In this document: one piece after another, positions 12,501 to 23,345 of the stretch
How positions within the stretch are numbered: the stretch's first letter is position 1
Layout of the letters: every line of letters begins with the position of its first letter
Origin: Macrostomum hystrix
Taxonomy: Eukaryota > Animalia > Platyhelminthes
Assembly (NCBI GenBank): GCA_950097015.1
Contig: CATNEN010000012.1
Coordinates: forward strand, 3,410,001-3,474,000
Reading direction: 5' to 3'
Length of the DNA stretch: 64,000 nt
Notes under the pieces: model-generated
Database searches by the model: none
What the model was told of the DNA's origin: nothing
Seen by the model: the letters and a program-made list of their open reading frames with translations, nothing else
Made by a program: the position numbers and the translations under genes

Positions 12501-13693
12501 CTGTACGGGCCGCAGCTCATCTGGAAGATTGACGGCTACCAGGAAAAACTCGCCGAGGCCAAAAGCGGCAAAAAGTCGACAATCTTTAGTCCGCCCTTCT
12601 TAACTAATCGACACGGATACAAGCTGGCCATGTCTGCCTGTCTCTATGGCGACGGAAAGAGTGAGGCTTTTCTAATCATTTTCAAGGTTGCATACCATCA
12701 ACCACCGAGTGACTCACTCTACTAAGCACCGAGTGACTCACTCTACCAATCACCGAGTGACTCGCTCTACAAATCACCGAGTGACTCACTCTACTAATCA
12801 CCGAGTGACTCACTCTACTAATCACCGAGTGACTCACTCTACTAATCACCGAGTGACTCACTCTACTAAGCACCGAGTGACTCGCTCTACAAATCACCGA
12901 GTGACTCACTCTACCAATCACCGAGTGACTCACTCTACCAATCACCGAGTGACTCGCTCTACAAATCACCGAGTGACTCGCTCTACAAATCACCGAGTGA
13001 CTCACTCTACAAATCACCGAGTGACTCACTCTACTAATCACCGAGTGACTCACTCTACTAAGCACCGAGTGACTCGCTCTACAAATCACCGAGTGACTCA
13101 CTCTACAAATCACCGAGTGCCTCACTTAGAGTGACTTATGTTCTGAAGCAGAGTGACTCACTCTACTAATCACAGATTGACTCACTATACTAATCACAGA
13201 GTGACTCACTCTACAAATCACCGAGTGACTCACTCTACAAATCACCGAGTGCCTCACTTAGAGTGACTTATGTTCTGAAGCAGAGTGACTCATGCAGTGA
13301 AGCAGAGTGACTCATACAATTTAGCAGAGTGACTCACTGCACTGGTCGCCCCTATCTACCCCAGGCCGCGGAAAGTACATGTCTCTATTTGTGTGCATCT
13401 GCAAAGGCGAGAACGACCCGTTGCTAGCCTGGCCGTTCGCCTACAAGATCACATTTCACCTGATCGACCAGTGCGAAGACGTGACCGCCCGCAGAAATAT
13501 AGTTTACACTGTGAAGCCCAACACCTGCAAGGAAAATAGGCCATTCCTCGGCAGGCCAGTCGGCGAGAGAAACGCCAGCTTCGGCGCTGCTCGATTCGCC
13601 GAACTGGAAGTGATCGGAACACTGGATTACATCAAGGACGACACAATTTACGTCAAGGTCGAAGTGGATTGCGAAGACATGGTACCGCTGTGA
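9598..13693 (+). CDS. TRAF4: TNF receptor-associated factor, TRAF4-like, 495 aa, 5 exons (9598-9950, 10045-10198, 10673-10990, 12327-12660, 13365-13693)
   Basis: RING domain (CPVC...CGHRCCSSC...CPLD), several TRAF zinc fingers, a short coiled coil and a MATH domain (LIWKIDGY...SPPF...GYKL...WPF...DDTIYVKVEVD). All introns are GT-AG and phases are consistent (1488 nt). The paralogue assignment is from remembered family motifs. Confidence 0.93.
10400..10652. repeat. 11-bp minisatellite (GTCACTCTGAT) in TRAF intron 2
   Basis: About 22 units, ending about 20 nt before the acceptor at 10672. Confidence 0.95.
11040..11372. repeat. 7/14-bp repeat (CTCAGTT/CTCAGAT) in TRAF intron 3
   Basis: Direct reading; starts about 50 nt after the donor. 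Confidence 0.93.
11930..12295. repeat. 23-bp minisatellite (CACTTCACCTTCAAATGTTCCGA) in TRAF intron 3
   Basis: About 13 good units plus a decayed left edge; ends about 30 nt before the acceptor at 12326. Confidence 0.94.
12701..13337. repeat. 24-bp minisatellite (CACCGAGTGACTCACTCTACTAAT) in TRAF intron 4
   Basis: Fills almost the whole intron. It is the source of the HRVTHSTN/SHSVISRV ORFs. Confidence 0.95.
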
Positions 13694-13771
13694 GGGGCAC
13701 CCTGATTGAAGAACAACTCTTCAATATTTGACAACAGTCTGTTACCCACATTCTACTGACACAATTAGCTC

Positions 13772-14630
13772 TGTGAGTAGCTGCAGCCTTAGCTAATGTG
13801 AGTAGCTGCAACCTTAGCTAATGAGACTAGCTGCAGCCTTAGCTAATGAGAGTAGCTGCAGCCTTAGCTAATGAGAGTAGCTGCAGCCTTAGCTAATGAG
13901 AGTAGCTGCAGCCTTAGCTAATGAGAGTAGCTGCAGCCTTAGCTAATGAGAGTAGCTGCAGCCTTAGCTAATGAGAGTAGCTGCAGCCTTAGCTAATGAG
14001 AGTAGCTGCAGCCTTAGCTAATGAGAGTAGCTGCAGCCTTAGCTAATGAGAGTAGTTGTAGCCTTAGCTAATGAGAGTAGCTGCAGCCTTAGCTAATGAG
14101 AGTAGCTGCAGCCTTAGCTAATGAGAGTAGCTGCAGCCTTAGCTAATGAGAGTAGCTGCAGCCTTAGCTAATGAGAGTAGCTGCAACCTTAGCTAATGAG
14201 AGTAGCTGCAGCCTTAGCTAATGAGAGTAGCTGCAGCCTTAGCTAATGAGAGTAGCTGCAGCCTTAGCTAATGAGAGTAGCTGCAGCCTTAGCTAATGAG
14301 AGTAGCTGCAGCCTTAGCTAATGAGAGTAGTTGTAGCCTTAGCTAATGAGAGTAGCTGTAGCCTTAGCTAATGAGAGTAGTTGTAGCCTTAGCTAATGAG
14401 AGTAGTTGTAGCCTTAGCTAATGAGAGTAGTTGTAGCCTTAGCTAATGAGAGTAGCTGCAGCCTTAGCTAATGAGAGTAGTTGTAGCCTTAGCTAATGAG
14501 AGTAGCTGCAGCCTTAGCTAATGAGAGTAGCTGCAACCTTAGCTAATGAGAGTAGCTGCAGCCTTAGCTAATGAGAGTAGTTGTAGCCTTAGCTAATGAG
14601 AGTAGCTGCAACCTTAGCTAATGAGAGTAG
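13772..14630. repeat. 25-bp minisatellite (AGCTAATGAGAGTAGCTGCAGCCTT) just 3' of the TRAF stop
   Basis: About 34 units, beginning about 80 nt after the TGA. Confidence 0.97.
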
Positions 14631-15189
14631 CCGCCGCGTTGGCTAATTATTGTTACTATACTTTTGTCTCATAAAGGCACAATTTTTTTCTGTGACCTTA
14701 CCGAAGCTGTCGTACTACTGTAGATTCAGTAATATCTGCTTTATTAAACAGCCCTCGGTTACATGACTCGATAGTTGCTTCTCTGAATAAGTTTTTCCAA
14801 GAAATGTTAATCATTTGTGGACTTTTTTTGCTACGCTTTTATTCAGAGTTTACACTGGAGAATCTATTGTAATTATATTGCTGTTATACATCCTGAATTC
14901 TTATAATATTTCTGTCTTTTTCCGGAGAAGTAAGAAGTTTCATCATTTCGTTTTCTTTCTGTCCGGTGTCGATTTAGTTAAGAAACTGTTTCCTTATGCA
15001 GAATGAGATCTATCAAGGAACGATTTTTAGCGGTAATGCAGTTAGATTGTATGTTTATTAACAATATTCCTGCTTAAATTACCTTAGAGATTTTAATTCC
15101 GTTACTATTTTCCGAATACTGCTGTCTTGACCGTATTTCATGCTATCATTTTATGGATATTATTTATTGCAATTCGCATGGTCCAAAGG

Positions 15190-16058
15190 GATTCACTCCG
15201 CAAATAGAAAGATTCACTCTCTACGGAGAGTGAAATGAGATAGAGATTCAACCTCATAGAGACATTCACTTTCAGAACTTAAAGATTCACTCCAAATTCA
15301 AGAAATATTCACTCCTAAAGTGGAGAGATTCACTCCTAGAGTGGAGAGATTAACCCCTAGAGTGGAGAGATTCACTCCTAAAGTGGAGAGATTCACTCCT
15401 AGAGTGGAGAGATTAACCCCTAGAATGAAGAGATTCACCCCATAGAGTGGAGAGATTCACCCCTAGAGTGGAGAGATTCACCCCATAGAGTGGAGAGATT
15501 CACCCCATAGAGTGGAGAGATTCACTCCTAGAGTGGAGAGATTCACTTCTAGAGTGGAGAGATTCACTCCTAGAGTGGAGAGATTCACTCCTAGAGTGGA
15601 GAGATTCACTCCTAGAATGGAGAGATTCACTCCTAGAGTGGAGAGATTCGCTCCTAGAATGAAGAGATTCACCCCATAGAGTGGAGAGATTCACCCCTAG
15701 AGTGGAGAGATTCACTCCTAGAGTGGAGAGATTCACTCCTAGAGTGGAGAGATTCACTCCTAGAATGGAGAGATTCACTCCTAGAGTGGAGAGATTCACC
15801 TCTATAGTGGAGAGATTCGCTCCTAGAATGAAGAGATTCACCCCTAGAGTGGAGAGATTCACTCCTAGAATGAAAATATTCACCCATAGAGTGAAGAGAT
15901 TCACTCCTAGAGTGGAGAGATTCACTCCTAGAATGAAGAGATTCACCCATAGAGTGGAGAGATTCACTCCTAGAGTGGAGAGATTCACTCCTAGAGTGGA
16001 GAGATTCACTCCTAGAGTGGAGAGATTCACTCCTGGAGTGGAGAGATTCACTCCTAGA
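15190..16058. repeat. 21-bp minisatellite (GAGATTCACTCCTAGAGTGGA)
   Basis: About 35 good units from about 15311, with a decayed left flank. It is the source of the VERFTPR/GVNLSTL ORFs. Confidence 0.96.
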
Positions 16059-16479
16059 GTGTCGGACCGTGTCATATGCAGATCTGTAACTAAATGTTCA
16101 TCATCTATTTTCCCATTTGAATCTGCAGTCAATGTTTATTCGTGTGCTGAATGTTTTCTTATTTTTAGCTGATGCTGAATTTTGTAACGGACTCAAAGAC
16201 TTTGCACCTGTTCAGTTGCTAAGCGGCCTGAACAGTAGTTCAGTAGTAGCAGAAGACACCTACTTCACTGATCTTATCTGTTTTATGCTATCTGAGCAGT
16301 GTCTATATGAAATAAATTATACAATTCCGTGTTGTTTCATAAATACCTTTAACCATGTGCATTGAAAAAAACTGCTTACACTGCTTTGTTAAACGTGATT
16401 AGCAACCTGGAACTGCTAATCCCCAGGTTGAGATTATAGGGGATCGCTAATCCTAGGGGATAGAGTGGGAGGAGATTAG

Positions 16480-17000
16480 TGAGAATGGAGGAGACATTAT
16501 TGAGAGTAGGACAGATTAGTGAGTGATAGGGAGATTAGTGAGTGATAGGGAGATTAGTGAGTGAGAGAGGAATTGGGATTAGTGAGTGGGAGAGGAATTG
16601 GGATTAGTGAGTGGGAGAGGAATTGGGATTAGTGAGTGAGAGAGGAATTGGGATTAGTGAGTGAGAGAGGAATTGGGATTAGTGAGTGGGAGAGGAATTG
16701 GGATTAGTGAGTGGAAGAGGAATTGGGATTAGTGAGTGGGAGAGGAATTGGGATTAGTGAGTGGGAGAGGAATTGGGATTAGTGAGTGGGACAGGAATTG
16801 GGATTAGTGAGTGGGACAGGAATTGGGATTAGTGAGTGGAAGAGGAATTGGGATTAGTGAGTGGAAGAGGAATTGGGATTAGTGAGTGGAAGAGGAATTG
16901 GGATTAGTGAGTGGGAGAGGAATTGGGATTAGTGAGTGGGAGAGGAATTTGGATTAGTGAGTGGGAGAGGAATCGGGATTAGTGAGTGGGAGAGAGAGAT
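16480..17000. repeat. 25-bp G-rich minisatellite (GAGTGGGAGAGGAATTGGGATTAGT)
   Basis: About 17 units, directly abutting the 30-bp array. Confidence 0.95.
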
Positions 17001-20000
17001 GGCAGAGATGAGTGAGTGGGAGATGGGACAGAGAGATAGCTGAGATGAGTGAGTGGGAGAGAGAGATAGCAGAGATGAGTGAGTGGGACAGAGAGATAGC
17101 AGAGATGAGTGAGTGGGACAGAGAGATAGCAGAGATGAGTGAGTGGGACAGAGAGATAGCAGAGATGAGTGAGTGGGACAGAGAGATAGCTGAGATGAGT
17201 GAGTGGGACAGAGAGATAGCTGAGATGAGTGAGTGGGACAGAGAGATAGCAGAGATGAGTGAGTGGGACAGAGAGATAGCAGAGATGAGTGAGTGGGACA
17301 GAGAGATAGCTGAGATGAGTGAGTGGGACAGAGAGATAGCAGAGATGAGCGAGTGGGACAGAGAGATAGCAGAGATGAGTGAGTGGGACAGAGAGATAGC
17401 AGAGATGAGTGAGTGGGACAGAGAGATAGCAGAGATGAGTGAGTGGGACAGAGAGATAGCTGAGATGAGTGAGTGGGACAGAGAGATAGCTGAGATGAGT
17501 GAGTGGGACAGAGAGATAGCAGAGATGAGTGAGTGGGACAGAGAGATAGCAGAGATGAGCGAGTGGGACAGAGAGATAGCTGAGATGAGTGAGTGGGACA
17601 GAGAGATAGCAGAGATGAGTGAGTGGGACAGAGAGATAGCAGAGATGAGTGAGTGGGACAGAGAGATAGCTGAGATGAGTGAGTGGGAGAGAGAGATAGC
17701 AGAGATGAGTGAGTGGGACAGAGAGATAGCTGAGATGAGTGAGTGGGACAGAGAGATAGCTAAGATGAGTGAGTGGGACAGAGAGATAGCAGAGATGAGT
17801 GAGTGGGACAGAGAGATAGCAGAGATGAGCGAGTGGGACAGAGATAGCTAAGATGAGTGAGTGGGACAGAGAGATAGCAGAGATGAGCGAGTGGGACAGA
17901 GAGATAGCAGAGATGAGCGAGTGGGACAGAGAGATAGCAGAGATGAGTGAGTGGGACAGAGAGATAGCAGAGATGAGTGAGTGGGACAGAGAGATAGCAG
18001 AGATGAGTGAGTGGGACAGAGAGATAGCTGAGATGAGTGAGTGGGACAGAGAGATAGCAGAGATGAGTGAGTGGGACAGAGAGATAGCAGAGATGAGTGA
18101 GTGGGACAGAGAGATAGCAGAGATGAGTGAGTGGGACAGAGAGATAGCTGAGATGAGTGAGTGGGACAGAGAGATAGCTGAGATGAGTGAGTGGGACAGA
18201 GAGATAGCAGAGATGAGCGAGTGGGACAGAGAGATAGCAGAGATAAGTGAGTGGGACAGAGAGATAGCAGAGATGAGTGAGTGGGACAGAGAGATAGCTG
18301 AGATGAGTGAGTGGGACAGAGAGATAGCAGAGATGAGTGAGTGGGACAGAGAGATAGCAGAGATGAGTGAGTGGGACAGAGAGATAGCTGAGATGAGTGA
18401 GTGGGACAGAGAGATAGCTGAGATGAGTGAGTGGGACAGAGAGATAGCAGAGATGAGTGAGTGGGACAGAGAGATAGCTGAGATGAGTGAGTGGGAGAGA
18501 GAGATAGCAGAGATGAGTGAGTGGGACAGAGAGATAGCAGAGATGAGTGAGTGGGACAGAGAGATAGCTGAGATGAGTGAGTGGGACAGAGAGATAGCAG
18601 AGATGAGTGAGTGGGACAGAGAGATAGCTGAGATGAGTGAGTGGGAGAGAGAGATAGCAGAGATGAGTGAGTGGGACAGAGAGATAGCTGAGATGAGTGA
18701 GTGGGACAGAGAGATAGCTGAGATGAGTGAGTGGGACAGAGAGATAGCAGAGATGAGTGAGTGGGACAGAGAGATAGCAGAGATGAGCGAGTGGGACAGA
18801 GAGATAGCTGAGATGAGTGAGTGGGACAGAGAGATAGCAGAGATGAGTGAGTGGGACAGAGAGATAGCAGAGATGAGCGAGTGGGACAGAGATAGCTAAG
18901 ATGAGTGAGTGGGACAGAGAGATAGCAGAGATGAGCGAGTGGGACAGAGAGATAGCAGAGATGAGCGAGTGGGACAGAGAGATAGCAGAGATGAGCGAGT
19001 GGGACAGAGAGATAGCTGAGATGAGTGAGTGGGACAGAGAGATAGCTGAGATGAGTGAGTGGGACAGAGAGATAGCTGAGATGAGTGAGTGGGACAGAGA
19101 GATAGCTGAGATGAGTGAGTGGGACAGAGAGATAGCAGAGATGAGTGAGTGGGACAGAGAGATAGCAGAGATGAGCGAGTGGGACAGAGAGATAGCAGAG
19201 ATGAGTGAGTGGGACAGAGAGATAGCAGAGATGAGTGAGTGGGACAGAGAGATAGCTGAGATGAGTGAGTGGGACAGAGAGATAGCAGAGATGAGTGAGT
19301 GGGACAGAGAGATAGCAGAGATGAGTGAGTGGGACAGAGAGATAGCTGAGATGAGTGAGTGGGACAGAGAGATAGCAGAGATGAGTGAGTGGGACAGAGA
19401 GATAGCTGAGATGAGTGAGTGGGAGAGAGAGATAGCAGAGATGAGTGAGTGGGACAGAGAGATAGCTGAGATGAGTGAGTGGGACAGAGAGATAGCTGAG
19501 ATGAGTGAGTGGGACAGAGAGATAGCAGAGATGAGTGAGTGGGACAGAGAGATAGCAGAGATGAGCGAGTGGGACAGAGAGATAGCTGAGATGAGTGAGT
19601 GGGACAGAGAGATAGCAGAGATGAGCGAGTGGGACAGAGAGATAGCTGAGATGAGCGAGTGGGACAGAGAGATAGCTGAGATGAGTGAGTGGGACAGAGA
19701 GATAGCAGAGATGAGTGAGTGGGACAGAGAGATAGCAGAGATGAGCGAGTGGGACAGAGAGATAGCAGAGATGAGCGAGTGGGACAGAGAGATAGCTGAG
19801 ATGAGTGAGTGGGACAGAGAGATAGCTGAGATGAGTGAGTGGGACAGAGAGATAGCTGAGATGAGTGAGTGGGACAGAGAGATAGCTGAGATGAGTGAGT
19901 GGGACAGAGAGATAGCAGAGATGAGCGAGTGGGACAGAGAGATAGCAGAGATGAGCGAGTGGGACAGAGAGATAGCTGAGATGAGTGAGTGGGACAGAGA

Positions 20001-20651
20001 GATAGCTGAGATGAGTGAGTGGGACAGAGAGATAGCTGAGATGAGTGAGTGGGACAGAGAGATAGCTGAGATGAGCGAGTGGGACAGAGAGATAGCAGAG
20101 ATGAGTGAGTGGGACAGAGAGATAGCAGAGATGAGTGAGTGGGACAGAGAGATAGCAGAGATGAGTGAGTGGGACAGAGAGATAGCAGAGATGAGTGAGT
20201 GGGACAGAGAGATAGCAGAGATGAGTGAGTGGGACAGAGAGATAGCTGAGATGAGCGAGTGGGACAGAGAGATAGCTGAGATGAGTGAGTGGGACAGAGA
20301 GATAGCAGAGATGAGCGAGTGGGACAGAGAGATAGCAGAGATGAGTGAGTGGGACAGAGAGATAGCAGAGATGAGTGAGTGGGACAGAGAGATAGCAGAG
20401 ATGAGTGAGTGGGACAGAGAGATAGCAGAGATGAGTGAGTGGGACAGAGAGATAGCAGAGATGAGCGAGTGGGACAGAGAGATAGCAGAGATGAGTGAGT
20501 GGGACAGAGAGATAGCAGAGATGAGTGAGTGGGACAGAGAGATAGCTGAGATGAGTGAGTGGGACAGAGAGATAGCAGAGATGAGTGAGTGGGACAGAGA
20601 GATAGCAGAGATGAGTGAGTGGGACAGAGAGATAACAGAGATGAGTGAGTG
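17001..20651. repeat. 30-bp satellite (ATGAGTGAGTGGGACAGAGAGATAGCAGAG), about 121 units
   Basis: 3.65-kb array whose units differ mainly at two sites (GCA/GCT, AGT/AGC). It explains the 279-971 aa ORFs. Confidence 0.98.
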
Positions 20652-21143
20652 TTCAAGGTGAGTCTGCTGCAGCACTGAGGTAGATTGGATCCGTCAGTGC
20701 AGTCAGGCGGACATTTGGAGTGACCGCAGCCAAAGTAGCAAATGAGCCTAATGTCATAAATTCCCCGCCTCTACTGAGTACTGCTCGCTGGGGAATCATG
20801 TAGCGTGGTTTAGGAGGCTAATTTAGCCACTGATTCGGCTCAGACATCAGTCTCACTAGTTTTGAGTCTTTGAGGACTGTTTGAGACCAAATTTGATTAG
20901 GAGAGTTCATGATTACTGGAATCTGAAGACTGGACGTTGAAGACAACTTTTATTTCGAGTTATATTTTTTGTGAGCCCTCATTTTAATGACACTTAATTT
21001 ACATTTTCGGTAATTCTCGCTTCGCTAGTCCTCTTTTCACTGATATTTACTTCGGTATTTGGCGTTCCTAATTTTTATACCAAAAAATTAGAATATCCTA
21101 GTTTAGCTGATCATAATGCCGTTGATCCTGTTGATTAGTTAAT

Positions 21144-21320
21144 GGGGTTGTAGCCTAGTCGCTAGAGCGTCAGACTCACGACTTGAAGGTCGGGGGTTCG
21201 ATTCCCGATTCCACTGGAACAACTTGCGTCCTTTAGCAAGACACTTAACTCTGCATTGCTTCAGTTCAATAGCTGCGGCTGTGCTGTCGGCTGCACATCT
21301 GGCCCAATTGAGGGCAGGTG
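21144..21320 (+). mobile_element. tRNA-derived SINE, family 2 (CORE-like central domain)
   Basis: tRNA-like head GGGGTTGTAGCCTAGTC...GGTTCGATTCC followed by GTCCTTTAGCAAGACACTTAACTCT. A second copy lies at about 51552. Confidence 0.8.
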
Positions 21321-21949
21321 TAATCAATTAATTAAGCCAAATTAACTTGGATAATTCCAGGTTAATCATATAATGCGTTAATCCTGAAGGCGCCAATTAC
21401 ACTCGCATTCCTAATGAAGAGTGGCATTCAGCCAGGGTAAAGCATAGATCAGAAATTCAACTGCGAGTGAAAATTATCTCGCATGAGTCGTCCCTCTCCG
21501 CTTTAGAAAATGTCCGCTAATTGGGACTAGAAAATGTAAAGAAGATTATAACAAAGAAAGCTGGGCCAGTGACGCGAGAACAGAATGTGTGCAGCAGCTC
21601 GACCTGGGATCGGATGACTGCAGGGGAGAAAAATGACATCCCCCTGTCTGCAACTCTGACATGGAATTAGATTAAAATCTGCCGACAGCCTGAGCACATG
21701 GGGCTGTCCGACTCACACTGAAGGGACAGAGGGGCAGGACTCGTGGGAAGATATGAGGCACTGAAATATGAACAAGCGAGTGAGATAAAAGGCCTGCTAA
21801 TGACACACATACTTGCTGCATGGAGACAATTTTCGCTCCTAGTTCAATCAGACCGACACGAAAATTATTCTGGCATAAAGGAAGGGAAATACAGACACCT
21901 CACACCGTGACACCGCGACAACTCTCACAGCCTCTTCCATTACCACTCT

Positions 21950-22499
21950 CTCCCTTCTTTCCTACTCTCTCCCTTCTCTCCTGCTCTCTCCCTTCTCTCC
22001 TGCTCTCTCCCTTCTCTCCTGCTCTCTCCCTTCTCTCCTGCTCTCTCCCTTCTCTCCTACTCTCTCCCTTCTCTCCTACTCTCTCCCTTCTCTCCTACTC
22101 TCTCCCTTCTCTCATGCTCTCTCCTTCTCTCCTGCTCTCTCCCTCCTATCCCACTCTCTTCCTCTCCATCCCACTCTCTTCCTCTCCATCCCACTCTCTT
22201 CCTCTCCGTCCCACTCTCTCCCTCTCCATCCCACTCTCTCCCTCTCCATCCCACTCTCTCCCTCTCCATCCCACTCTCTTCCTTTCCGTCCCACTCTCTT
22301 CCTCTCCATCCCACTCTCTCCCTCTCCGTCCCACTCTCTCCCTCTCCATCCCACTCTCTTCCTTTCCGTCCCACTCTCTCCCTCTCCGTCCCACTCTCTC
22401 CCTCTCCATCTCCATCCCACTCTCTCCCTCTCCATCTCCATCTCCGTCCCTCTCTCTCCCTCTCTCTCACCATCCCCATCCCACTCTCTTCCTCTCCGT

Positions 22500-22531
<32 letters not shown>
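21950..22531. repeat. Pyrimidine-rich 18/21-bp repeats ending in (CT)n
   Basis: CTCTCCCTTCTCTCCTG units, then CCCACTCTCTCCCTCTCCAT units, then (CT)n. Confidence 0.93.
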
Positions 22532-22535
<4 letters not shown>

Positions 22536-23345
22536 TCGAATAGAGGAATAGAGGAAGACACGATGGCTGTGATTCGGATCCTAAATCGGAGAGGCGGGGC
22601 GACCTGCTTTTGACGAGTTCGACGATCTCCTCCTAACCCCGGCCCAACCCCAGAGACACCCGGACCTCCTGCGCACTTTAGCAGTGTCGCCCTCTCTGCC
22701 TTCCATGCCCAATGAATTCTCCCAATAAGGGGGGAGATTTTTTGCAGGACACTCTTCTACGGCCACCCCTCTTCCATTGCCTGCGACCCAGCCGTGTAGG
22801 CACGATCTGTGGAAATCTCTCAACCCCCTCCATTTGCCCCGTGTCCCGCCAAAATCTCTCCCCCTAATCCCCACCTCCCTCGGGGGCGGCACTGATGTGC
22901 GACAGTCGAATGAACAAAAACAGCAGCCACCCGACCGTCTCTCGTCTCGTCTCTCCCTCCGTCCCTGCTGCCCGTCAGTGTCCCGCTGACTTCAGTTGCC
23001 TCTCTACCTCTGTCTCGCTCTCTCACTCACTCGCTGAGCTCTCGTCAGTGAAAATAAATATTTATTTGGCCAATCCCGGCCAGTCGCAGGCTGGCTATAC
23101 TTTTCCCAATCCCATTCTCTCCGTTTCGCTCTTTCTCCCGCCTTTTTTCCTCTCGACCCAATCGATCCGACTTCTTCTTCCTTTGACGAACCCGGCTTTC
23201 CCAAGTTCTCCTTCTCTCCTGCTCTTTCGTCTTGCCCTGCTTCTGCAGGCCCACTCAAAAGGCCGGTCCACTTTACCAGATCTCCCCAGGTCTCACACCC
23301 CACTGCTTTTATCTAGCCCCTTCATCCCTGCAAACGCTTTCAGTC

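Noticed and set aside
12682-16172. HRVTHSTN, SHSVISRV, GVNLSTL and VERFTPR repeat ORFs
   Set aside because: Translations of the 24-bp and 21-bp arrays.
17012-20675. Very long ORFs (279, 348, 586, 586 and 971 aa; MSEWDREIAE / SLSHSLISAI / SSLLSLCPTH repeats)
   Set aside because: They are translations of a 30-bp satellite that is open in several frames on both strands. There is no unique domain, and 2-bp deletions break the frames.
21820-22561. 243-aa Leu/Ser/Pro ORF and Glu/Arg/Gly antisense ORFs
   Set aside because: CT-rich low-complexity repeat.
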